A stretch of 64,000 nt of DNA, from positions 1-64,000 of IMG/VR virus record IMGVR_UViG_3300015241_000002; one strand, written 5' to 3'. Source of the DNA: a virus. Position 1 is the first letter of the stretch. The number at the start of each line of letters is the position of its first letter. Of the stretch, positions 38,137 to 45,961 are shown in pieces. The notes under the pieces were generated by a model. That model was not told the DNA's origin. It made no database searches and saw nothing but the letters and a program-made list of their open reading frames with translations. The translations under genes were made by a program, and so were the position numbers.

Positions 38137-38679
38137 TTAAAAGACCGTATAGTATGCATTGACATCATGCATTGTGGCGGCAGCCTTCACATTATCGATC
38201 TGGAAATTGTTGCCACCCATCTTTAACTTGAGGCCCAAGGTCCCAGCCACAAAAGCCCCCACAGGGGTAATCGATCCTAGATCCACGAATGAATTCGTGC
38301 CCACCTGAGCCATAAACAGTGGGACGCCAGTGGCGCGTCCATACACGCGATAAGCGCTGGCCCCCGCCTTTGCAGTCCAGTTCAGGGTTACAGTAGACGT
38401 GGCTCCTGTAGTGACCTGGGAAACTTCTGTCGCTAGTGGTGTTTCCGTCCCATTAATAATTGCAGAGACGTTATAGAAGTAAGTGCTTGCAGCTAAGGTC
38501 CCACCCGTAGTACTCGTGCTTGGTGCCAAACCAGCTACGGCCGTACCAATAACTCCGGCACCCATTACTAATGCATCGTAGCTGTGGCCATTATTCGCAC
38601 GGTAGCGAACGTTCAATCGGCCATCCGTACTCTTGGGTCCACTAGCTACAACGACTGCTCTCTTATCCTTCTGTGACAT
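38137..38679 (-). CDS. FN3-like domain protein, paralogous to the N-terminus of the major tail protein
   Basis: 180 aa. GGTLAASTYFYNVSAIINGTETPLATEVSQVTTGATSTVTLNWTAKAGASAYRVYGR aligns position by position with residues about 33-90 of the 19674-20945 product. Confidence 0.55.
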   Translation of the reverse strand: MSQKDKRAVVVASGPKSTDGRLNVRYRANNGHSYDALVMGAGVIGTAVAGLAPSTSTTGGTLAASTYFYNVSAIINGTETPLATEVSQVTTGATSTVTLNWTAKAGASAYRVYGRATGVPLFMAQVGTNSFVDLGSITPVGAFVAGTLGLKLKMGGNNFQIDNVKAAATMHDVNAYYTVF

Positions 38680-38715
38680 TACTTTACTCCATTCTACATA
38701 ACTATCTAATCATTG

Positions 38716-39021
38716 TTAGGCCGCACCGTTACCAGACTTACCTGCGCGGCCACGATTGGTACCCTTATTTACAGAGACTCCACTAACTTTTGGAGCTACC
38801 TTCTTAAAAGCACCCCTAGCTCCCGTCGTCTTGACCTTAGGGTTAGTCGTAACACTAGTACCAGCTCTAGTGGCCGCATTACGCCCCGCAGTTCCTACGG
38901 CTTGGTTGGCCTTCTTGACGGGGGCAGACTTAGCATTGCCGACTCGGCCAGTATTTGTCATCTTACCTGAATTGGCCTTCTTAGTACCTGTGTTGGTGCC
39001 TGTACCAGGTGCACTAGCCAT
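38716..39021 (-). CDS. basic low-complexity protein (Lys/Thr/Gly/Asn/Ala-rich)
   Basis: Internal ATG at 39021 preceded by GAGG. The product MASAPGTGTNTGTKKANSGKMTNTGRVGNAKSAPVKKANQ... is 101 aa. Confidence 0.5.
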   Translation of the reverse strand: MASAPGTGTNTGTKKANSGKMTNTGRVGNAKSAPVKKANQAVGTAGRNAATRAGTSVTTNPKVKTTGARGAFKKVAPKVSGVSVNKGTNRGRAGKSGNGAA

Positions 39022-39022
39022 G

Positions 39023-39232
39023 TTATTTACCTCTAGCTTTCTTTGAAGTAACCTTCTTAAGATTGGGGTTAGCTTTCTTGGCAGCTGGACTAGCCTTTCG
39101 GCTTGCATTGGCTACAATGGCTGCTGCCTGATCCGGAGTGTAACCTCCACTCTTTGCAACAGACTTAGCTGCTGCCTTAAAGCCCATACCTTTTCTTGCT
39201 GGTGCTTTTGCCTTAGGTGGCATGTCACTCAT
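39023..39232 (-). CDS. basic Lys/Ala-rich protein
   Basis: 69 aa: MSDMPPKAKAPARKGMGFKAAAKSVAKSGGYTPDQAAAIVANASRKASPAAKKANPNLKKVTSKKARGK. Confidence 0.55.
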   Translation of the reverse strand: MSDMPPKAKAPARKGMGFKAAAKSVAKSGGYTPDQAAAIVANASRKASPAAKKANPNLKKVTSKKARGK

Positions 39233-39527
39233 CCTCGCTATTGTTGTGTCTATCTAGTACATGAGACCTAACTTCCCAAAGTGACAATTCTAAGAGCCCC
39301 ACAGCCATGGGTAAATTGGTGTCAGGGCCTACACTATAATCAAATCCCTGAACTATATCACCTTCATCGTCGAATCTACTTGTACCGATGGATAAGACCC
39401 ATCCAGTTACAACACCAGGCCGATTCAAATTTTCGGCAGTGTACTTGCGAACAGCTTCATCTAGAACAATTCGATTCTGGACAAGCTCTGAATCATCTAT
39501 CCTTTGGAAGCTTCCCTCAGTGCCCAT
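39225..39527 (-). CDS. hypothetical protein
   Basis: 100-aa acidic ORF that overlaps the next gene by 8 nt. Confidence 0.55.
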   Translation of the reverse strand: MGTEGSFQRIDDSELVQNRIVLDEAVRKYTAENLNRPGVVTGWVLSIGTSRFDDEGDIVQGFDYSVGPDTNLPMAVGLLELSLWEVRSHVLDRHNNSEDE

Positions 39528-39550
39528 AGGTTTGACCTATCTTTAGATTA

Positions 39551-39715
39551 CTAGATAGTAGTTTGGCTAGTACGAACACCCGGTGCTAAGACTAGTGGGT
39601 TGATTGGCTTCTCACCACTAGTCTTTATTTTTCTTTTGGTAGGCTGCTTAGTCGCTACCTTTGTGGCCTTGCTTGGAGCTGCCTTCTTGGTTGGCTTTTT
39701 CTTCTTGGGGGGCAT
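39551..39715 (-). CDS. basic Lys/Pro-rich protein (54 aa)
   Basis: Translated by hand. It has a TAATG junction with the upstream gene. The product begins MPPKKKKPTKKAAPSKATKVATKQPTKRKIKTSGEKP... Confidence 0.45.
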   Translation of the reverse strand: MPPKKKKPTKKAAPSKATKVATKQPTKRKIKTSGEKPINPLVLAPGVRTSQTTI

Positions 39716-40062
39716 TAGAGTTTGTCCACATCTTGAAGGACAGACTCAAGGAACTCACTAATTGGAGTACTCTCAGGGCTCGTTACCTCTTCCCCGACAC
39801 GGCCCATTGCACGATCCATAAGGTATCTGCCGGCATCAAAGCGAATGCGCTCACTAGAGCTATGGATAGCAAGGTGAATCATGGACTGAGCAACAATGGG
39901 AATGTTCTCATCGACAAGGCGTCTGGAAGTCTTGACGTTGTTTTCCCCCTCATGCAAAGAGCGTTCCATAATCATACTTTCTAAAGCCTCGTCAGGAATC
40001 CATTCCTTACCTGGCTTTTGATTGTCGTTATCACTGTCTCTACCGTTGTAATCACTAGACAT
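39715..40062 (-). CDS. terminase small subunit-like protein (tentative)
   Basis: ATG at 40062 preceded by GAGGAGGAAGG. The C-terminal half (AIHSSSERIRFDAGRYLMDRAMGRVGEE) resembles the ..R..AA..LLDRG.GK motif of some small terminases. It is the first gene of the late - strand block. Confidence 0.4.
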   Translation of the reverse strand: MSSDYNGRDSDNDNQKPGKEWIPDEALESMIMERSLHEGENNVKTSRRLVDENIPIVAQSMIHLAIHSSSERIRFDAGRYLMDRAMGRVGEEVTSPESTPISEFLESVLQDVDKL

Positions 40063-40361
40063 AAGGGGTCCTTCCTCCTCATCTATACTTAGTTTAATTG
40101 TACTGCTTTTGCGCACCTATTTTTGCCTATGCTTATATAATGTTACAATTAGGTTATAGTTGAAATTTTTAGTTACTTCTACTTTCTTATTGTCAAATTT
40201 AGTTTAGGATAGATAGGTACTACTTCAATTAAATAAGTAGAGTATTTGGTTAACTTTGAATATATAACTAGTAGAGCCTGAAAATGTTAAAAAAGTTTTC
40301 GGCACTATTTTGCTTAACCTACACCCCGTTTTGCGGCTGGAAAAAGTTGATCAAGAATATA

Positions 40362-40401
40362 GTTAACAAAAGCGACAAAATTGACGTTAACAAAAGCGAC
40401 A
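40362..40401. repeat. two exact 16-bp direct repeats GTTAACAAAAGCGACA in the divergent intergenic region
   Basis: The copies are at 40362-40377 and 40386-40401, 24 bp apart start to start. They lie inside the ORF-free stretch 40063-40731. Confidence 0.8.
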
Positions 40402-40731
40402 TTAACGAATTATAAGACACGACAATAAGGATAAAATTAGACAATCTCTACATAAAATCACCACAAACTAGGACAGTGCTAAGCTATGCCTAGTTCCAAA
40501 GCACGGATCGGAGCGGGGCCACCATTGCCTGCAACACGCAAGAGATAGGAGAGAGAGGCACACAAGCACAAGGCTACTGCTATGCCTTGCTACATACGTA
40601 CACACAAGACAGTCACGTGCTTTCCCTAGCCTGACTCTGACACCTATCTATGCAGAGTCTCAGACGTCTAGTGAGCACAGTGTGTGCGTATCTAGGAAGC
40701 CATAGATTGGCCTCTAGAAAGGATAGGCGCC

Positions 40732-41193
40732 ATGCCTCGCAACTGGTATGGCAATGCACAATCGGCAAGGCAGGCTACACGTAGCCACAATGGTGCGCTA
40801 AGCCTGTCAGCAGTAGGCGGCATGAACAGCAAGGCAACGGTCCAAGCTCGCACTGTGGATCCGCAGTCTTGCCGTGCCATCTATGGCAGTACCGACAATG
40901 CAGCACAGGATGCCACTAACAGCGTACTGTGCCGTGCTCTCGATACCGCTAAGGCCAGTGCATTGCACTCGCTACAGCATTACACGGGTCCGCAGTATGG
41001 GCCTAACGTTCACCGATACGCGCCGTCAATGGGCGCTATCAACACCACAACTGCGGTCGCTGCTGCTAGCACTCCTAGCGAGTCGCCCGCATCTACGCCT
41101 AGTGAGGCAGACATTGCCTGGCTAACAAAGCGCGCAACGTCGCGTCACATGACTTTGGTCGAGTACTGCGCCACAATTGGCATAGTGCTCTAG
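40732..41193 (+). CDS. hypothetical protein
   Basis: 153-aa ORF and the first gene of the right + strand block. It lies in GC-rich sequence. No motif recognised. Confidence 0.5.
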   Translation: MPRNWYGNAQSARQATRSHNGALSLSAVGGMNSKATVQARTVDPQSCRAIYGSTDNAAQDATNSVLCRALDTAKASALHSLQHYTGPQYGPNVHRYAPSMGAINTTTAVAAASTPSESPASTPSEADIAWLTKRATSRHMTLVEYCATIGIVL

Positions 41194-41350
41194 ACCAGAG
41201 GCACCCACAGGGGCAGCATAAAAAGCGGTGCAACACTGCCTAGATGACTGTGTGGGTTCCGAACGGGTCGCTATGATAAGTGATCCCGCCATGTAGAGTG
41301 TCAAAGCTCTACGTGGTGCTGGCTCGAAATGGGCCGTAGTAAGGGGAGCT

Positions 41351-41692
41351 ATGAAAACTCAATACGCAATTGCTGTGACAGCCACCGTAATAATCGGGCT
41401 GCCTCTATTGGCCGGGTGTAATAACTCGGGCCCCGGGGAGCATCCCAAAGGCCCCACAGGGCAAACGGCGGCAGTGACGGTAAAGCCACAGGTGACTGAA
41501 GAGGATTTGTACCATTTCAATTGCCTGACGATGGGCAACCACAAATGCGGATCGAAGTGGCAAATCCTAGACGCCGGATGGAAGGGGCAAGTAAAACTAG
41601 ACAACCCACGCCAAGACACAACGGGTTGCAAAGTCTTAGTCGGTGACACTACCTATATCGACTGCCCAAACGGAAGGATCTACACAAGCTAA
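41351..41692 (+). CDS. lipoprotein
   Basis: 113 aa. The signal peptide carries the lipobox LPLLAG-C (MKTQYAIAVTATVIIGLPLLAGCNNSG). GGGGAG lies upstream of the ATG. Confidence 0.7.
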   Translation: MKTQYAIAVTATVIIGLPLLAGCNNSGPGEHPKGPTGQTAAVTVKPQVTEEDLYHFNCLTMGNHKCGSKWQILDAGWKGQVKLDNPRQDTTGCKVLVGDTTYIDCPNGRIYTS

Positions 41693-41725
41693 CACAACAC
41701 AACACAACACAACACAACACAACAC
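41691..41725 (+). repeat. pentanucleotide microsatellite (AACAC)x7
   Basis: Seven perfect tandem AACAC units start inside the lipoprotein stop codon (TAA at 41690-41692). Confidence 0.95.
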
Positions 41726-41741
41726 ATGTAAATGCTGCATT

Positions 41742-41787
41742 GCCCCGACTAGGGTCAGATACGGATGAACCGTCAAGTAGTCGGGGC
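41742..41787 (+). terminator. hairpin downstream of the lipoprotein gene
   Basis: A 10-bp stem, GCCCCGACTA (41742-41751) and TAGTCGGGGC (41778-41787), followed by TTTG. The loop is 26 nt and the U-tract is weak. Confidence 0.45.
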
Positions 41788-41833
41788 TTTGCTGTGTCTA
41801 TATGGGCACACTAACTGAATAGAAGGTGACGTA

Positions 41834-42019
41834 ATGGACCCAGACGCTACCGTTCGCCTTGCTGAAAAAGCAATTGCGGATGAGGATTGGGCACTGGCGG
41901 GAGATCTGCTAAATGCCTATTTCGAGTGGACGCGCAAAGGGGGCTATCACTCCGACGGCCAAATGCTACGCGTCCATGCACTGCAACATGTTGTGGTGCA
42001 ACACGAGAAATACCAGTAG
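41834..42019 (+). CDS. hypothetical protein
   Basis: 61-aa ORF with AGAAGGTGA upstream of the ATG. Confidence 0.55.
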   Translation: MDPDATVRLAEKAIADEDWALAGDLLNAYFEWTRKGGYHSDGQMLRVHALQHVVVQHEKYQ

Positions 42020-42092
42020 ATAGAACATTGTCTTAGTCATGCACTAGGACAGTGTTGTGTCTATATGGCACAAGACAGGAGGTGAAACAAAC

Positions 42093-42536
42093 ATGTCCAA
42101 GTCAGAACACACTGAGTTTGTCATGCCGACAGTGACGTTCGTAGAGGATTACGAACCCACTACTCAGCTAGGCCGAAAGGCAGAGGATAACCCGTTTAAC
42201 GACGTCGTGACTGCGCTCGCCGCTACTTACGATAAAGAGCTCAATCGCAGCAAGGGTGCCGCTAATCTGGTGATCGCAAAGGGTGAAACTCGAATCCGCG
42301 TAGCTGCAAAAGTACAGAAGGCTGCCCGTGCACAGGGTTTCACTGCACGTATCGATGACAAGGCGACCGAAAAAGGATTGGCCGTCATTGCGGTCTATCT
42401 CGTCCCAATCATCAATCGCAGTTCAAAGAAACATCCAAAAACTGTCACTATCACTAACGTGGCAGACACCGCAGACGATGCTTCAAATGGACTGGAGTCA
42501 GCTCCAGAAAGCCAGGAACAGTCTGTTACAGTTTGA
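42093..42536 (+). CDS. hypothetical protein
   Basis: Internal ATG at 42093 preceded by GGAGGTGAAACAAAC. The product is 147 aa. No motif recognised. Confidence 0.55.
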   Translation: MSKSEHTEFVMPTVTFVEDYEPTTQLGRKAEDNPFNDVVTALAATYDKELNRSKGAANLVIAKGETRIRVAAKVQKAARAQGFTARIDDKATEKGLAVIAVYLVPIINRSSKKHPKTVTITNVADTADDASNGLESAPESQEQSVTV

Positions 42537-42606
42537 GATAGTACCATCTCTCAAAAATGCACAACGTACAAAACAAACGTCCATACTCTAGCGTACTGTT
42601 ACGCTA

Positions 42607-42706
42607 AAAACGTCATAGTACACACTATAATCACACGTAAAACGTTATAGTAACCACTATGATTTGCGTAACATACGCTGGAGTACGGAAAACATACGCT
42701 AGGGTA
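42607..42706. repeat. two pairs of 14-16-bp direct repeats (iteron-like) in an ORF-free stretch
   Basis: Pair one is AAAACGTCATAGTA (42607-42620) and AAAACGTTATAGTA (42639-42652). Pair two is AACATACGCTGGAGTA (42670-42685) and AACATACGCTAGGGTA (42691-42706), with starts 21 bp apart. Confidence 0.75.
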
Positions 42707-42902
42707 TTGTAGCGACATAAGTCAGAGTCGCTTTAAGCCCTTATAAGTACCATTACCAACTACTCTCTGTGACATTCGTGACTCAGAGTAACCATCGCTT
42801 AACATCGATCTGCTGAACCAATCATGAAACATAATGCGCAAAACGGATGTTGATCAATAGCACGTCTGTTCGAAACAAAAAGGGATATTCGGAACATATC
42901 CG

Positions 42903-43190
42903 TTATGCACACATTTTTATGATCTTGTAAGGCCCAATTTTGTCCCATTTAGGTAGACACCACACACTACACAGCTCCAGCACCCCAACATTTTTTGTTA
43001 AGTCATACATCTGGTCTATAACATTAATACTAGAAGTAGTATCAGTGTATAAGTGTACTGTGTTTTTTGCCTGATTAATCGGACATTTCAGGAATTGTAC
43101 GCATTCACTTTTTGGAATGTCACAACAACATCGAACGCATGACGTCCGCACAGTGGTATCCAGTTTCAACAGACAAGCGTCAGAACCCAT
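42903..43190 (-). CDS. possible Cys-rich protein encoded antisense to the early block
   Basis: This 95-aa ORF is the only ORF of 60 aa or more on either strand between 42591 and 43393. It contains 9 Cys. The Shine-Dalgarno sequence is weak, so coding status is uncertain. Confidence 0.3.
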   Translation of the reverse strand: MGSDACLLKLDTTVRTSCVRCCCDIPKSECVQFLKCPINQAKNTVHLYTDTTSSINVIDQMYDLTKNVGVLELCSVWCLPKWDKIGPYKIIKMCA

Positions 43191-43268
43191 TTCAGCACAT
43201 CCCGTGCAGGCTTCAATGTTGATCTTGTTAGAATCGATCTCAGACAGTCGAGATCAGGCTTGACGAGC

Positions 43269-43292
43269 TTTGTCTACTAGACATGTAGACAA
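43269..43292. promoter_or_regulatory. operator-like inverted repeat TTGTCTAC-N8-GTAGACAA
   Basis: 8-bp perfect arms at 43269-43276 and 43285-43292, extendable to about 11 bp. A nested palindrome GTCTA-C-TAGAC is present. The site lies between the antisense ORF and the next + strand gene. Confidence 0.45.
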
Positions 43293-43392
43293 GCTAGCCA
43301 ATCGTGAATTCGAAGATGATGATCTTGACATAGCGGAAGTCGATACATGCTATGAAAAGCAAAAATAGCAAAGGAAAAGAGGTGAAACAAGG

Positions 43393-43806
43393 ATGATCTA
43401 TAACGGCAATGATTTGTCAGACATAAACAGAATCGTCAAACGTGCTGTGAGAGAACTAAAGCAGTCCAAAGCTCCAAACCCCAACCACTTCGATTTCATC
43501 GCAGTCCGGGGAATGTCCGGAGTATTGGTCGGCGCTCCTGTCGCAATAGCGCTACGAAAGAAACTGATAGTAGTACGTAAGCCAGGTGAGAACAGTCACG
43601 GCTACAAGCTACTGGGCGCCGGACAAGGAGAGATAGGCAATCTCCACTACAAGCAACGATTCATCTTTCTAGATGATTTCATCTCTACAGGGGCAACCAA
43701 AGAATATGTCCTAGATGAAATCCCCAAAAGATGCCAACATGTAGGTGATTACTTGTATGAGCCTACAGACAAGTCACAAAGGTTACGGTGGAACAATGAG
43801 AACTAA
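43393..43806 (+). CDS. phosphoribosyltransferase-domain protein
   Basis: 137 aa. GAGGTGAAACAAGG precedes the ATG. RFIFLDDFISTGATK is a PRPP-binding loop (hydrophobic run, DD, then .TG.T). Confidence 0.65.
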   Translation: MIYNGNDLSDINRIVKRAVRELKQSKAPNPNHFDFIAVRGMSGVLVGAPVAIALRKKLIVVRKPGENSHGYKLLGAGQGEIGNLHYKQRFIFLDDFISTGATKEYVLDEIPKRCQHVGDYLYEPTDKSQRLRWNNEN

Positions 43807-44347
43807 ATGGGAAATCCTAAAAGAGCAACAAACAAACGCAAAAGCCAATCTCGAAAGAATTGAAAACGAGATGTTCGGCCTAGAGCAGACACCATGCAAG
43901 CTCAATTGCGCAGGGTGCGGGGAATACCTCGAAACAGAGGCAGACTTTGCCGACCATTTCGAAATTCCAGATGAGCAATATCTGAATCTGGGTCGCTGCC
44001 CGCGCAATTGGCTAAAAGAGGTCAACACCACAAACACCACAAACACTACACAGAATGTCAACGTGTGGGGCACCGATAAGCAACTCATAGGTGAAGGTTT
44101 CTGTGCTGAGTGTGAGCACGCCAGCCCGGGGCACTACACGAATTGCCCACTGCACAGAAACAATAACAGTCGTACTGTGAAACGAATAGATCCAATTGGT
44201 TGTGGTTGCACAGACTGCATCGTGGGCTATTCCATTCCATTGGACATAGCTAGTGACCATCAAATCAAGGCCATGGTTAGGGGCCACCTAATTGATGCCA
44301 CATCTCAAACCGAATTTGATTTCGATGCTTACATGAAAGACAGGTAA
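43796..44347 (+). CDS. Cys-rich hypothetical protein
   Basis: The internal ATG at 43796 overlaps the PRT gene by 11 nt. The product contains CAGCG, CAECEH and GCGCTDC motifs and an NTTNTTNTT run. Confidence 0.5.
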   Translation: MRTKWEILKEQQTNAKANLERIENEMFGLEQTPCKLNCAGCGEYLETEADFADHFEIPDEQYLNLGRCPRNWLKEVNTTNTTNTTQNVNVWGTDKQLIGEGFCAECEHASPGHYTNCPLHRNNNSRTVKRIDPIGCGCTDCIVGYSIPLDIASDHQIKAMVRGHLIDATSQTEFDFDAYMKDR

Positions 44348-44709
44348 GCCCGAAAATGCCACCCAAAGTCGCGGGTCGCTCCCACACTCTGTCGACACAA
44401 CTAAACACTAACTGTTGCCCCCTCTGTGGGGCAGTACCATGACAGTAGACGACCGTATGGCTTCTTTATAAATGAATTCTAGTCACCACCTTACGCTAAC
44501 TTTACATGCCTAGGTGTAGCATATCAAGTGGGCAGGCAGTAACAGCAAGATCAAATAGCTAAGTAAAGTGTAGGGCTAAGCATATAATTGATGCTATGGT
44601 TCAATCCAATTAGCTCACGTAGTAAAACAATTGAGTAAGTATTACAGCGAACCGGCCAAGTGAGTCGGGTAAAAGAGAACATAAGTCATGTAAAGAGAAG
44701 AGGTGAACA

Positions 44710-45249
44710 ATGGATAACGAAACCAACTTGGAAAGCCTAGGGCTAGAACACAGTGCTTGGCAAACTCAGGAAGAGCAAGAGAGTGCCCAAAGTGAAGCGC
44801 TAGCGCAGGCAGAGCAAGACGACAAAGCCCGTGAGCATGCAACGGCTATTGCGAAGATGCGAGCCATTGCGGATTTCTTCGAAGCTAACCCACAGTTTGA
44901 TGTGCCAAACCAAAACCAAAGCGTTAGCGTGTGGGTATGGGGCAAGGAAGAAATGGCCAAGTGGGCAAAGGCATTGCCAGGTAAAAAGGATAAGGACCAG
45001 AGCAGTAACACGTATACCCTACGCGGCAAGCTGCCAATCGAGACGTACGTAACTGATATGGGCATGTACCCTACAGGTGAGTCCGTAGCAGTAACGATTA
45101 GCTCTAACCGTAGCGAGATTTGTGAGCGCGTCGTGACGGGTAGGGAAATGCAAGAGGTTAGGGTGTACCCGCCTAGCACTACGGAAATGCAAGAGGTAGA
45201 GATCGTAGAGTGGGTATGCACAGATAGCCTACTCGCAACAGATGAATAA
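44710..45249 (+). CDS. hypothetical protein
   Basis: 179-aa ORF with GAGGTGAACA upstream. The N-terminus is acidic and Gln-rich. Confidence 0.6.
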   Translation: MDNETNLESLGLEHSAWQTQEEQESAQSEALAQAEQDDKAREHATAIAKMRAIADFFEANPQFDVPNQNQSVSVWVWGKEEMAKWAKALPGKKDKDQSSNTYTLRGKLPIETYVTDMGMYPTGESVAVTISSNRSEICERVVTGREMQEVRVYPPSTTEMQEVEIVEWVCTDSLLATDE

Positions 45250-45275
45250 GCTAGCACAACCTTAGAAAAGGTGAT

Positions 45276-45452
45276 ATGAGCAAGTTCAAAGCTAAGCACC
45301 GACGTAGTAAGCGGCAGATCAAAGCGGCAGAGCGTGCGGCGAACCGATTTAGTGGGTTGCCAAAGCACAGTAACATGCAAGTGAGTGACACTGAGTATCC
45401 AACAGAGCCGTTGCCCTATGTGCGGCTAGATGAACTGTTGGCAACTAAGTAA
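45276..45452 (+). CDS. small basic protein (58 aa)
   Basis: Translated by hand. AAGGTGA precedes the ATG. The product begins MSKFKAKHRRSKRQIKAAERAANRF... Confidence 0.45.
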   Translation: MSKFKAKHRRSKRQIKAAERAANRFSGLPKHSNMQVSDTEYPTEPLPYVRLDELLATK

Positions 45453-45544
45453 GTAAGCAATACGGCAGTAACGCATAGATGGTTCCGAGAGGTTTGACGC
45501 CTATGACTATCGTGCTTACCGGATAGGCTGTAAACGGTAAGGGA

Positions 45545-45631
45545 GTGCATGCTAAGGGAAGACGGGTAAGGCCTGAGAAACAGTAGGGCGCCGTCGACAA
45601 AGTACAGCCCGTTCAAGTCGGGCCATGCACA
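45545..45631 (+). ncRNA. tRNA-like element 1 (acceptor stem and T-arm present, no convincing D or anticodon arms)
   Basis: GTGCATG (45545-45551) pairs perfectly with CATGCAC (45624-45630). The T-arm GCCCG-TTCAAGT-CGGGC (45607-45623) is canonical. I could not fold the 55 nt between them into a cloverleaf. Confidence 0.35.
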
Positions 45632-45961
45632 CTGGAAAGGCTACGCAATACAAAGGCAAGGTGCAAGCTGCCCATTACAGGGCGGAACTTGTGGCGTAGC
45701 AATCCATGCAACGCAAGATAGCAACTTGCGCCAAAGTTATTGATAGGGGCTAGTGCACTAGTCAGACCTAGGGGTGGATAGAGTCGCTTGAGCTAGTAGA
45801 AGCCGCCTAGGCAAATAAATGAATAACGTGGAGGCAGTTCCGTAAACTTGGTAGTTGATAATCGGGCCCACGTATGATCCTTCGTAACTACCAAACACAA
45901 GGCAAGATGGTGCCATAGCTGAAAGCAAGGATACGGTGAGAAATTAGCCTGGCCCTTGTAG

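Noticed and set aside
40135-40145. TATAAT-like boxes in the AT-rich divergent region as specific promoters.
   Set aside because: The region is so AT-rich that -10-like hexamers occur by chance, and I could not pair any with a convincing -35 at proper spacing. I left it as a general control region rather than calling individual promoters.
41691-41725. The (AACAC)x7 tract as a CRISPR array or a telomere-like end.
   Set aside because: The units are 5 nt with no spacers, so this is a simple microsatellite. There is no evidence that it marks a genome terminus.
44766-45380. A 204-aa - strand ORF opposite gene 44710-45249.
   Set aside because: The + strand ORF has a strong GAGGTGAACA ribosome-binding site and fits the co-directional operon. 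The antisense ORF has no such signal and a Ser/Leu/Cys-rich shadow-like composition.
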